Made by a program: the position numbers and the translations under genes. From a virus (lineage: Duplodnaviria; Heunggongvirae; Uroviricota; Caudoviricetes): 18,212 nt of DNA. Location: IMG/VR virus record IMGVR_UViG_2617271087_000009; one strand, written 5' to 3'. Positions 8,198-16,909 of the stretch are shown piece by piece (the stretch's first letter is position 1; each line of letters starts with the position of its first letter). Below the pieces are notes generated by a model. It had not been told where the DNA came from. It made no database searches and saw nothing but the letters and a program-made list of their open reading frames with translations.

Positions 8198-8229
8198 AGT
8201 TGAACAACGAGCGAAGTGAGGCGTTAGCA

Positions 8230-9171
8230 TTAAGTTAATTTTAATGAATGGTACTCTATCGAGCTGATTGTAGATGCGATATATTTACGATCATTTACAG
8301 AGAGTATTGCCGCTAGTAGACGACATACCAGAGCCTGCATTTGTAGCAATATATCGCTACCATATTGACAATCATTGATACTAGAGAAACCAAGCGGTTG
8401 CCCATTAAAAATGGCTTCATGAAAATTATCATTGCGTATAACTGAAACATTACATTCATCTGTTGCCCATGACGGGATTTTTACACCGTAATTTTCGCAC
8501 ATCCAATATACTCTATTTTGATGAGATGGTTTTTTCTCTTTAATGACTTTATCCCTTTCATCCCATGCTATAGCAAAACAGCAATCAAGAGCCATATAAA
8601 GATACTGGAATTTCTCAAAGGAAAGGTATAGTGGGTTATGTGACAGGAATAGGGAGTGTATCACCGCAGCTATTCTTTTAATGGAGCGATCATCTTTTTG
8701 TTTGTCTTTTATATAGTTAAGTGCTAGCTCTATTACTTCTTTTTCAGAGCATCCAACGAGAATAAAGTCGGTTAACTTAGTGGGCTTGATAGTGGTTGCA
8801 TCAAGAAAACCAGCGTCAGTGGTTGTCAATCTTATACCCTTGAAAAAAGAGAGGCACCACACAACAAAGTTGAGAGTTTCTAACGAGGATGTGTTTTTTA
8901 ATTTTAGTGTGTGCGTTTTGGGCATGCCGAATACTCGGTAACTATAAGGCATTGTGCATGTGTCACCATTAAGGTTATATACCTTTCGATTCCCAGGGTA
9001 TATCCAACCATTAACAACGTTTTTATCATTGTTAATACGTTCCACGTTCTCAATAAGACCGGGTAAAGTACGCAAAGAAAATTGTTCAGTCTCAATGTTA
9101 ACTTCTACTGGATAGTATCCAAACTCCGAAATAATCTCATTTGGTTGCTGTTCGTCAACTTCACCTTGCAT
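8230..9171 (-). CDS. Hypothetical protein (313 aa), cargo gene of unknown function
   Basis: ATG (reverse complement of 9169-9171) preceded by GGAGAAAG RBS; convergent with the 7011-7910 operon; AT-rich. It contains an R-x4-H motif (RNDNFH, residues about 246-251) reminiscent of HEPN Rx4-6H, which is weak evidence. Confidence 0.7.
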   Translation of the reverse strand: MQGEVDEQQPNEIISEFGYYPVEVNIETEQFSLRTLPGLIENVERINNDKNVVNGWIYPGNRKVYNLNGDTCTMPYSYRVFGMPKTHTLKLKNTSSLETLNFVVWCLSFFKGIRLTTTDAGFLDATTIKPTKLTDFILVGCSEKEVIELALNYIKDKQKDDRSIKRIAAVIHSLFLSHNPLYLSFEKFQYLYMALDCCFAIAWDERDKVIKEKKPSHQNRVYWMCENYGVKIPSWATDECNVSVIRNDNFHEAIFNGQPLGFSSINDCQYGSDILLQMQALVCRLLAAILSVNDRKYIASTISSIEYHSLKLT

Positions 9172-9409
9172 AACTTTCTCCGTTCAAAAACAGGCACGAT
9201 AATTCTCGTAAGCCTATCATGTTCGCAAAGTATCCATACCTGTGGATTTTGTAAATTTAAGTTGATTTGTCATTAAATAAGCCGTTGCATGCAACAAGTG
9301 AATGTTTTTGCATGCGTCGGGGATGTCCGTTCAGGCTGCGTGCGGTCAGGACTGGTGCGGATCCATAGTATCTATGCAACTGCATTAAAACCGCCCCATG
9401 AAGCGGGCG

Positions 9410-9428
9410 GGCGAGGCGGGGAAAGCAC
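9410..9428. other. cos: cos site (19-nt cohesive-end sequence GGCGAGGCGGGGAAAGCAC)
   Basis: Exact match to my recollection of the P2/P4 19-nt cohesive end, in the expected position downstream of Q and adjacent to the tin/old-equivalent locus. Confidence 0.55.
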
Positions 9429-9562
9429 TGCGCGCTGGCGGTGGTGCTGATTTTATTTTTTCAGCGTCTCAGCGCGTCGTGATGGCATTTAGTCGGCCTG
9501 CTGGGGCGTTGGTGTGTCTGCGGGGTGTTTTGTGCGGTGGTGAGGGCGTGATGACGGGATGT

Positions 9563-9584
9563 AAAAAAGCCGCCCGCAGGCGGC
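9563..9584 (-). terminator. Rho-independent terminator after Q
   Basis: Minus strand reads GCCGCC-UGCG-GGCGGC followed by UUUUUU, starting 5 nt after the Q stop codon. Confidence 0.65.
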
Positions 9585-9589
9585 GATGT

Positions 9590-10624
9590 TCAGCCGTTGT
9601 CAGTGTCAAGTGAGTAGTTTTTAAAGCGGATGACCTCCTGACCGAGCCAGTCGTTTATCTCGCGGATCCTGTCCTGTAACGGGATAAGCTCATTGCGGAC
9701 AAAGACCTTTGCCACTTTCTCAATATCACCCAGCGACCCGACGTTCTCCGGCTTGCCACCCATCAACTGAAAGGGGATGCGGTGCGCGTCCAGCAGGTCA
9801 GCGGCGCTGGCTTTTTTGATATTAAAAAAATCGTCCTTCGTCGCCACTTCACTGAGGGGGATAATTTTAATGCCGTCGGCTTTCCCCTGTGGGGCATAGA
9901 GAAACAGATTTTTAAAGTTATTGCGGCCTTTCGACTTCACCATGTTTTCGCGAAGCATTTCGATATCGTTGCGATCCTGCACGGCATCGGTGACGTACAT
10001 GATGTATCCAGCATGTGCGCCATTTTCGTAATACTTGCGGCGGAACAGCGTGGCCGACTCATTCAGCCAGGCAGAGTTAAGGGCGCTGAGATATTCCGGC
10101 AGGCCGTACAGCTCCTGATTAATATCCGGCTCCAGCAGGTGAAACACGGAGCCGGACGCGAAGGCTGTCGGCTCGTTGAAGGACGGCACCCACCAGTAAA
10201 CATCCTCCTCCACGCCACGGCGGGTATATTTTGCCGGTGAGGTTTCCAGCCTGATAACCTTACCGGTGGTGCTGTAACGCTTTTCCAGAAACGCATTACC
10301 GAACACCAGAAAATCCAGCACAAAGCGGCTGAAATCCTGCTGGGAAAGCCACGGGTGCGGAATAAACGTTGAAGCCAGAATATTACGTTTGACGTAAATC
10401 GGTGAGCTGTGATGTACGGCAGCACGCAGGCTTTTTGCCAGACCGGTAAAGCTGACCGGTGGCTCATACCATCTGCCGTTACTGATGCACTCGACGTAAT
10501 CCAGAATGTCACGGCGGTCGAGTACCGGCACCGGCTCACCAAAGGTGAATGCCTCCATTTTCGGGGCGCTGGCGGTCATTGTTTTCACCGCAGGTTGCGG
10601 TGTTTTCCCTTTTTTCTTGCTCAT
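9590..10624 (-). CDS. Q: Portal protein Q (344 aa)
   Basis: 344 aa equals P2 gpQ length; start ATG overlaps the P stop (ATGA); adjacent to terminase. Confidence 0.9.
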   Translation of the reverse strand: MSKKKGKTPQPAVKTMTASAPKMEAFTFGEPVPVLDRRDILDYVECISNGRWYEPPVSFTGLAKSLRAAVHHSSPIYVKRNILASTFIPHPWLSQQDFSRFVLDFLVFGNAFLEKRYSTTGKVIRLETSPAKYTRRGVEEDVYWWVPSFNEPTAFASGSVFHLLEPDINQELYGLPEYLSALNSAWLNESATLFRRKYYENGAHAGYIMYVTDAVQDRNDIEMLRENMVKSKGRNNFKNLFLYAPQGKADGIKIIPLSEVATKDDFFNIKKASAADLLDAHRIPFQLMGGKPENVGSLGDIEKVAKVFVRNELIPLQDRIREINDWLGQEVIRFKNYSLDTDNG

Positions 10625-12395
10625 CAGTAAAACTCCAGAATGGTGGATGTCAGCGGGGTGCTGATACCGGCGGTGAGTGGCTCATTTAACAGGGCGTGCA
10701 TGGTCGCCCAGGCGAGGTCGGCGTGGCTGGCTTCCTCGCTGCGACTGGCCTCATAGGTGGCGCTGCGTCCGCTGCTGGTCATGGTCTTGCGGATAGCCAT
10801 AAACGAGCTGGTGATGTCGGTGGCGCTGACGTCATATTCCAGACAGCCACGGCGGATAACGTCTTTTGCCTTGAGCACCATTGCGGTTTTCATTTCCGGT
10901 GTGTAGCGGATATCGCGCGCGGCGGGATAGAACGAGCGCACGAGCTGGAACACGCCGACACCGAGGCCGGTGGCATCAATACCGATGTATTCGACGTTAT
11001 ATTTTTCGGTGAGTTTGCGGATGGATTCAGCCTGGGTGGCAAAGTCCATGCCTTTCCACTGGTGACGCTCAAGTATCCTGAATTTGCCACCGGCCACCAC
11101 CGGCGGTGCCAGCACCACGCATCCGGCGCTGTCGCCACGGTGTGACGGGTCGTAACCAATCCATACCGGGCGGGAGCCGAACGGATTGGCGGCAAACGGT
11201 GCATAGTCTTCCCATTCTTCCAGCGTGTCGACCATGCAGCGTTGCAGCTCCTCGAACGGGAACACCGATGCCTTGTCGTCAACAAATTCACACATGAACA
11301 GGTTTTTAAAATCGTCGGCGCTGTTTTCGCGTTTGAGCTGCTCAATGTCGAACAGTGTGCAGCCACCTTTCAGGGCGTCCTCAATGGTGACAATCTGCCG
11401 CCACTGGCCGTCCGCACAGAGAAGCCCACCGGCAAGGGCGTTATGACTGACGTCGATTTCCACACGTTCGGCGGCGCTGGCGCGTCCCCGGTTGAACAGT
11501 TCACCCGACCAGAACGGGTAGCGTCGTGCGCCAGTGTGGACGGGGTGGAGAAATAGGTCGAGCGCAGGTGACTCTGTGAGGCCATACCTGATGCCACCTT
11601 ACGCAGAACCTGAAAATTTGGGATCCAGAAAATCTCGTCGACGTACAGGTCACCGTTATGGCTCTGTGCGGTGTTGGAGTTGGTGCCGAGAAAAATCAGT
11701 TTTGCGCCGTTATTGCCCAGGACAATCGGGTCACCGGTCAGGTCAACGTCAACCAGACGGGCAAAGGCGATGATGTATTCACGGAACACATACGCCTGCG
11801 TTTTACTGGCCGACAGAAAAATCTGGTTATGACCGGTTTTCAGGGCGCGCAGCAGCGCCTCGCGGGAAAAATAAAATGTCGCGCCAATCTGGCGGGATTT
11901 CAGGATATCGCGGATGCGGTGCTCAAGCCCGGCGCGATACCAGTGCAACTGATAGTCGAAAGACTGCTCAAAGAAAATCTGCTCCAGCTTTTCGATAGCC
12001 TCGTCACTGAAAAAATTCTTTTTCGGTTTGCGCCGCCCGCCTTTGTTGCGGTTAGCGACGTTCGGATTAAGGTCTGCCTCGTTGCCGGTCTGGCTGTAGC
12101 GGTTTACCCGTGCCAGTCGTTCAATCTGGCGTCCGAGCAGGTCAATTTCCTTGAAGTCACCGCCGGTTTTCTGCGGTTTGATAATGAGCTGGGTCAGCCG
12201 CGCTTCCAGACTCATTTCGACACGGCTGATGGGGGCAACGCTGTCCCAGCCGTCGCGCTGTTTCCAGCTCTGCACCGTCGGGCGTTTCATCTGCAACATG
12301 GCGGCAATCTGCGGCACGGAAAACCCCTGCCAGTACAGCAGCGCCGCCTGACGACGCGGGTCGTGTAAAAGAGTGGTGTCTGTGGTGATGGTCAT
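10624..12395 (-). pseudogene. P: Terminase large (ATPase) subunit P, split by an apparent 1-nt deletion near 11515-11530; possibly a sequencing error
   Basis: N-terminal part from ATG 12393-12395 (MTITTDTTLLHDPRR...) runs in one frame to a stop at 11370. The C-terminal part (…YPFWSGELFNRGRASAAERVEIDVSHNALAGG…) is in another frame that is open from 11598 to the stop at 10624-10626. The coding span is 1769 nt, one short of the 1770 needed for the 590-aa P2 gpP. Sensible protein sequence switches frames at about AHDA|YPFW. Confidence 0.8.
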
Positions 12396-12568
12396 GAATA
12401 CCTCGCCGTGATGAATACACGGCAAGGCTACTGAGTCGCGCCCCGCGATTCGCTAAGGTGCTGTTGTGTCAGTGATAAGCCATCCGGGACTGATGGCGGA
12501 GGATGCGCATCGTCGGGAAACTGATGCCGACATGTGACTCCTCTAATCACTATTCAGGACTCCTGACA
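12396..12568. promoter_or_regulatory. Divergent late-promoter region (P_P leftward, P_O rightward), expected Ogr-dependent
   Basis: Intergenic region between divergent P and O, as in P2. A TGT-N12-CAC element (12533-12550) partly resembles the TGT-N12-ACA late-promoter upstream motif. Not resolved further. Confidence 0.35.
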
Positions 12569-13423
12569 ATGGCAAAAAAAGTCTCAAAATTCTTTCGTAT
12601 CGGCGTTGAGGGTGACACCTGTGACGGGCGTGTCATCAGTGCGCAGGATATTCAGGAAATGGCCGAAACCTTTGACCCGCGAGTCTATGGTTGCCGCATT
12701 AACCTGGAACATCTGCGCGGCATCCTGCCTGACGGTATTTTTAAGCGTTATGGCGATGTGGTCGAACTGAAGGCCGAAAAGATTGACGATGATTCGGCGC
12801 TGAAAGGCAAATGGGCGCTGTTTGCGAAAATCACCCCGACCGATGACCTTATCGCGATGAACAAGGCCGCGCAGAAGGTCTACACCTCAATGGAAATTCA
12901 GCCGAACTTTGCCAACACCGGCAAATGTTATCTGGTGGGGCTGGCCGTCACCGATGACCCGGCAAGCCTCGGCACGGAATACCTGGAATTCTGCCGCACG
13001 GCAAAACACAACCCTCTGAACCGCTTCAAATTAAGCCCTGAAAACCTGATTTCAGTGGCAACGCCCGTTGAGCTGGAATTTGAAGACCTGCCTGAAACCG
13101 TGTTCACCGCCCTGACCGAAAAGGTGAAATCCATTTTTGGCCGCAAACAGGCCAGCGATGACGCCCGTCTGAATGACGTGCATGAAGCGGTGACCGCTGT
13201 TGCTGAACATGTGCAGGAAAAACTGAGCGCCACTGAGCAGCGCCTCGCTGAGATGGAAACCGCCTTTTCCGCACTTAAGCAGGCGGTGACTGACAGGGCG
13301 GATGAAACCAGCCAGGCATTCACCCGCCTGAAAAACAGTCTCGACCACACCGAAAGTCTGACCCAGCAGCGCCGCAGCAAGGCCACCGGTGGTGGCGGTG
13401 ACGGCCTGATGACGAACTGCTGA
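12569..13423 (+). CDS. O: Capsid scaffold protein O (284 aa)
   Basis: Internal ATG at 12569 (MAKKVSKFFRIGVEGDTCDGRV...) gives 284 aa, the P2 gpO length; coiled-coil-like C-terminus. Confidence 0.9.
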   Translation: MAKKVSKFFRIGVEGDTCDGRVISAQDIQEMAETFDPRVYGCRINLEHLRGILPDGIFKRYGDVVELKAEKIDDDSALKGKWALFAKITPTDDLIAMNKAAQKVYTSMEIQPNFANTGKCYLVGLAVTDDPASLGTEYLEFCRTAKHNPLNRFKLSPENLISVATPVELEFEDLPETVFTALTEKVKSIFGRKQASDDARLNDVHEAVTAVAEHVQEKLSATEQRLAEMETAFSALKQAVTDRADETSQAFTRLKNSLDHTESLTQQRRSKATGGGGDGLMTNC

Positions 13424-13481
13424 CCGGCGTCAGTCAGTCCGGGAAAACCTTCACGATTAACCCTTAATTTCAGGAAAAACT

Positions 13482-14555
13482 ATGCGCCAGGAAACCCGCT
13501 TTAAATTTAATGCTTACCTGTCCCGTGTTGCCGAACTGAACGGCATTGATGCCGGTGATGTGTCGAAAAAATTCACTGTTGAACCGTCGGTCACCCAGAC
13601 CCTGATGAACACCATGCAGGAGTCCTCTGACTTTCTGACCCGCATCAACATTGTGCCGGTCAGCGAAATGAAAGGGGAAAAAATTGGTATTGGTGTCACC
13701 GGCTCCATCGCCAGCACCACCGACACCGCCGGTGGCACCGAGCGTCAGCCGAAGGACTTCTCGAAGCTGGCGTCAAACAAGTACGAATGCGACCAGATTA
13801 ACTTCGATTTTTATATCCGCTACAAAACGCTGGACCTGTGGGCGCGTTATCAGGATTTCCAGCTCCGTATCCGTAACGCCATTATCAAACGCCAGTCCCT
13901 TGATTTCATCATGGCCGGTTTTAACGGCGTGAAGCGTGCCGAAACCTCTGACCGCAGCAGCAATCCGATGCTGCAGGATGTGGCGGTCGGCTGGCTGCAG
14001 AAATACCGCAATGAAGCCCCGGCTCGCGTGATGAGCAAGGTCACTGACGAGGAAGGCAGCACCACCTCTGAGGTCATCCGCGTGGGTAAGGGCGGTGATT
14101 ATGCCAGCCTCGATGCACTGGTGATGGATGCGACCAACAACCTGATTGAGCCGTGGTATCAGGAAGACCCTGACCTTGTGGTGATTGTGGGGCGTCAGCT
14201 ACTGGCGGACAAGTATTTCCCCATCGTCAACAGGGAGCAGGATAACAGCGAAATGCTGGCTGCTGACGTCATCATCAGCCAGAAACGCATCGGTAACCTG
14301 CCAGCGGTACGCGTCCCGTACTTCCCGGCGGATGCGATGCTCATCACGAAGCTGGAAAACCTGTCTATCTACTACATGGATGACAGCCATCGCCGCGTGA
14401 TTGTGGAAAACCCGAAACTCGACCGCGTGGAGAACTACGAGTCAATGAACATTGATTACGTGGTGGAAGACTACGCCGCCGGTTGTCTGGTGGAAAAAAT
14501 CAAGGTCGGTGATTTCTCCACACCGGCTAAGGCGACCGCAGAGCCGGGAGCGTAA
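13482..14555 (+). CDS. N: Major capsid protein N (357 aa)
   Basis: 357 aa equals P2 gpN length; conserved position after O. Confidence 0.9.
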   Translation: MRQETRFKFNAYLSRVAELNGIDAGDVSKKFTVEPSVTQTLMNTMQESSDFLTRINIVPVSEMKGEKIGIGVTGSIASTTDTAGGTERQPKDFSKLASNKYECDQINFDFYIRYKTLDLWARYQDFQLRIRNAIIKRQSLDFIMAGFNGVKRAETSDRSSNPMLQDVAVGWLQKYRNEAPARVMSKVTDEEGSTTSEVIRVGKGGDYASLDALVMDATNNLIEPWYQEDPDLVVIVGRQLLADKYFPIVNREQDNSEMLAADVIISQKRIGNLPAVRVPYFPADAMLITKLENLSIYYMDDSHRRVIVENPKLDRVENYESMNIDYVVEDYAAGCLVEKIKVGDFSTPAKATAEPGA

Positions 14556-14558
14556 CCG

Positions 14559-15302
14559 ATGACGAGTCCCGCACAGCGCCACATGATGCGGGTCTCGGCA
14601 GCGATGACCGCGCAGCGGGAAGCCGCCCCGCTGCGACATGCAACTGTCTATGAGCAGATGCTGGTCAAGCTGGCCGCAGACCAGCGCACACTGAAAGCGA
14701 TTTATTCAAAAGAGCTTAAGGCCGCGAAAAAGCGCGAACTGCTGCCGTTCTGGTTGCCGTGGGTGAACGGTGTGCTGGAGCAGGGCAAAGGTGCACAGGA
14801 TGACATTCTGATGACGGTCATGCTGTGGCGTCTGGATACCGGCGATATTGCCGGTGCGCTGGAGATTGCCCGTTATGCCCTGAAGTACGGTCTGACCATG
14901 CCGGGTAAACACCGCCGCACCCCGCCGTACATGTTCACCGAGGAGGTCGCACTCGCGGCCATGCGTGCCCACGCTGCCGGTGAATCTGTGGATATCCGCC
15001 TGCTGACGGAGACCCTTGAACTGACCGCCACGGCTGACATGCCTGATGAAGTGCGCGCAAAGCTGCACAAAATCACCGGTCTGTTTCTGCGTGACGCTGG
15101 TGATGCCGCCGGTGCGCTGGCTCACCTGCAACGTGCGACACAGCTCGACTGTCAGGCAGGCGTCAAAAAAGAGATTGAACGACTGGAGCGGGAGCTGAAA
15201 CCGAAGCCGGAGCCGCAGCCCAAAGCGGTCACCCGCGCCCCGCGTAAGACCCGGAGCGTGACACCGGCAAAACGTGGACGCCCGAAAAAGAAAGCCAGTT
15301 AA
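14559..15302 (+). CDS. M: Terminase small (endonuclease) subunit M (247 aa)
   Basis: 247 aa equals P2 gpM length; basic C-terminal tail (RKTRSVTPAKRGRPKKKAS). Confidence 0.9.
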   Translation: MTSPAQRHMMRVSAAMTAQREAAPLRHATVYEQMLVKLAADQRTLKAIYSKELKAAKKRELLPFWLPWVNGVLEQGKGAQDDILMTVMLWRLDTGDIAGALEIARYALKYGLTMPGKHRRTPPYMFTEEVALAAMRAHAAGESVDIRLLTETLELTATADMPDEVRAKLHKITGLFLRDAGDAAGALAHLQRATQLDCQAGVKKEIERLERELKPKPEPQPKAVTRAPRKTRSVTPAKRGRPKKKAS

Positions 15303-15401
15303 CAACCGAATGCGCCCCGCGCCAGGGCGGCACGCCGGTCAGTGAGGGTGAATCACCTGACACTGCACCGGCGTCCACCGCCCGACTTTTCAGAGGTAGT
15401 C

Positions 15402-15911
15402 ATGATGACGCTGATTATTCCGCGAAAGGAGGCTCCCGTGTCCGGTGAGGGTACGGTGGTCATCCCGCAACCGGCAGGCGACGAGCCGGTGATTAAAAAC
15501 ACGTTCTTTTTTCCCGATATCGACCCGAAGCGCGTCCGGGAACGTATGCGCCTTGAGCAGACCGTCGCCCCCGCCCGTCTGCGTGAGGCCATCAAGTCAG
15601 GCATGGCGGAGACGAATGCGGAGCTGTACGAGTACCGCGAACAGAAAATTGCCGCCGGTTTTACGCGTCTGGCGGACGTTCCGGCGGACGACATCGACGG
15701 TGAAAGCATCAAAGTTTTTTACTACGAGCGCGCCGTGTGTGCGATGGCGACCGCGTCGCTTTATGAGCGTTATCGCGGCGTGGATGCCAGTGCGAAAGGC
15801 GACAAGAAGGCCGACAGCATTGACAGCACCATTGATGAACTGTGGCGGGATATGCGCTGGGCGGTGGCGCGTATCCAGGACAAGCCGCGCTGCATCGTGA
15901 GTCAAATCTGA
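15402..15911 (+). CDS. L: Capsid completion protein L (169 aa)
   Basis: ATG at 15402 (MMTLIIPRKEAP...) gives 169 aa, the P2 gpL length; AGAGG RBS at 15392-15396. Confidence 0.85.
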   Translation: MMTLIIPRKEAPVSGEGTVVIPQPAGDEPVIKNTFFFPDIDPKRVRERMRLEQTVAPARLREAIKSGMAETNAELYEYREQKIAAGFTRLADVPADDIDGESIKVFYYERAVCAMATASLYERYRGVDASAKGDKKADSIDSTIDELWRDMRWAVARIQDKPRCIVSQI

Positions 15912-16114
15912 TGAAGACCTTTGCGCTACAGGGTGACACGCTCGACGCCATTTGTGTCCGGTATTACGGGCGCACTGAGGGCGTGGTTGAGACCGTGCTC
16001 GCCGCAAATCCGGGACTGGCTGAACTGGGTGCGGTGCTGCCACACGGCACCGCCGTCGAACTGCCCGACGTTCAGACCGCGCCCGTGGCTGAAACTGTCA
16101 ATCTGTGGGAGTAA
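15911..16114 (+). CDS. X: Tail protein X (67 aa)
   Basis: MKTFALQGDTLDAICVRYYGRTEGVVETVLAANPGL... is 67 aa, the P2 gpX length; start overlaps the L stop (TGATGA). Confidence 0.85.
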   Translation: MKTFALQGDTLDAICVRYYGRTEGVVETVLAANPGLAELGAVLPHGTAVELPDVQTAPVAETVNLWE

Positions 16115-16117
16115 CGC

Positions 16118-16411
16118 ATGACAGCAGAAGAAAAAAGCGTCCTGTCGCTTTTCATGATTGGGGTGCTGATTGTTGTCGGCAAGGTGCTTGCCGGTGGTGA
16201 ACCCATCACCCCGCGTCTGTTTATCGGGCGCATGTTGCTCGGCGGTTTTGTCTCGATGGTTGCCGGTGTTGTTCTGGTGCAGTTTCCTGACCTGTCACTG
16301 CCTGCGGTGTGCGGCATCGGTTCCATGCTGGGTATCGCCGGTTATCAGGTGATTGAGATTGCCATTCAGCGCCGCTTTAAGGCAGGGGGAAACCGTAATG
16401 CCGGTAATTAA
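16118..16411 (+). CDS. Y: Holin Y
   Basis: 97-aa hydrophobic protein with transmembrane-like stretches (LSLFMIGVLIVVGKVLAGG; FVSMVAGVVLVQF) and a charged C-terminus; GGGAG RBS; first gene of the lysis cassette. Confidence 0.85.
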   Translation: MTAEEKSVLSLFMIGVLIVVGKVLAGGEPITPRLFIGRMLLGGFVSMVAGVVLVQFPDLSLPAVCGIGSMLGIAGYQVIEIAIQRRFKAGGNRNAGN

Positions 16412-16895
16412 CACGCATCAGAATATCGCCGCCTTTCTCGACATGCTGGCCGTGTCCGAAGGGACGGCGAATCATCCGCTGACGAAAAACCGGGGCTATG
16501 ACGTGATAGTCACCGGACTGGACGGAAAGCCGGAAATTTTCACCGACTACAGTGACCACCCGTTCGCGCATGGCCGACCGGCGAAGGTGTTTAACCGTCG
16601 CGGTGAAAAATCCACGGCCTCCGGTCGCTATCAGCAGCTTTACCTGTTCTGGCCGCACTACCGCAAACAGCTTGCCCTGCCGGATTTCAGTCCGTTGTCA
16701 CAGGACAGGCTCGCCATTCAGTTGATCCGCGAACGCGGTGCACTGGATGACATCCGGGCGGGACGCATTGAGCGCGCCATTTCACGCTGTCGCAATATCT
16801 GGGCGTCCCTGCCGGGTGCCGGTTACGGTCAGCGTGAGCATTCACTGGAAAAACTGGTCACCGTCTGGCGTACCGCCGGCGGCGTACCGGCTTAA
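16398..16895 (+). CDS. K: Endolysin K (165 aa)
   Basis: ATG at 16398 (MPVINTHQNIAAFLDMLAVSEGT...) gives 165 aa, the P2 gpK length; AGGGGGA RBS; overlaps the Y 3' end. Confidence 0.85.
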   Translation: MPVINTHQNIAAFLDMLAVSEGTANHPLTKNRGYDVIVTGLDGKPEIFTDYSDHPFAHGRPAKVFNRRGEKSTASGRYQQLYLFWPHYRKQLALPDFSPLSQDRLAIQLIRERGALDDIRAGRIERAISRCRNIWASLPGAGYGQREHSLEKLVTVWRTAGGVPA

Positions 16896-16909
16896 ACGGA
16901 GTAAACACC

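Noticed and set aside
6885-9409. Retron (RT plus msr/msd) or another known hotspot system (Old-like ATPase/TOPRIM, Tin, PARIS, AbiE) in the cargo island
   Set aside because: No YxDD reverse-transcriptase motif, no Walker A/B ATPase, no GSx(n)DxD nucleotidyltransferase motif, and ORF sizes and arrangement do not fit these systems. I cannot exclude distant homology without profile searches.
9398-9613. 71-aa plus-strand ORF (MKRAGEAGKALRAGGG...)
   Set aside because: It spans the cos sequence and the Q terminator in GC-rich non-coding DNA, has no RBS and a Gly/Ala/Arg-rich low-complexity translation. Judged spurious.
11658-12368. 236-aa plus-strand ORF antisense to terminase P, and similar long antisense ORFs (for example 14706..15305 opposite M, 10063..10542 opposite Q, 12928..13386 opposite O)
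   Set aside because: These are shadow ORFs on the opposite strand of well-supported GC-rich phage genes whose lengths match the P2 proteins. No independent start or RBS support.
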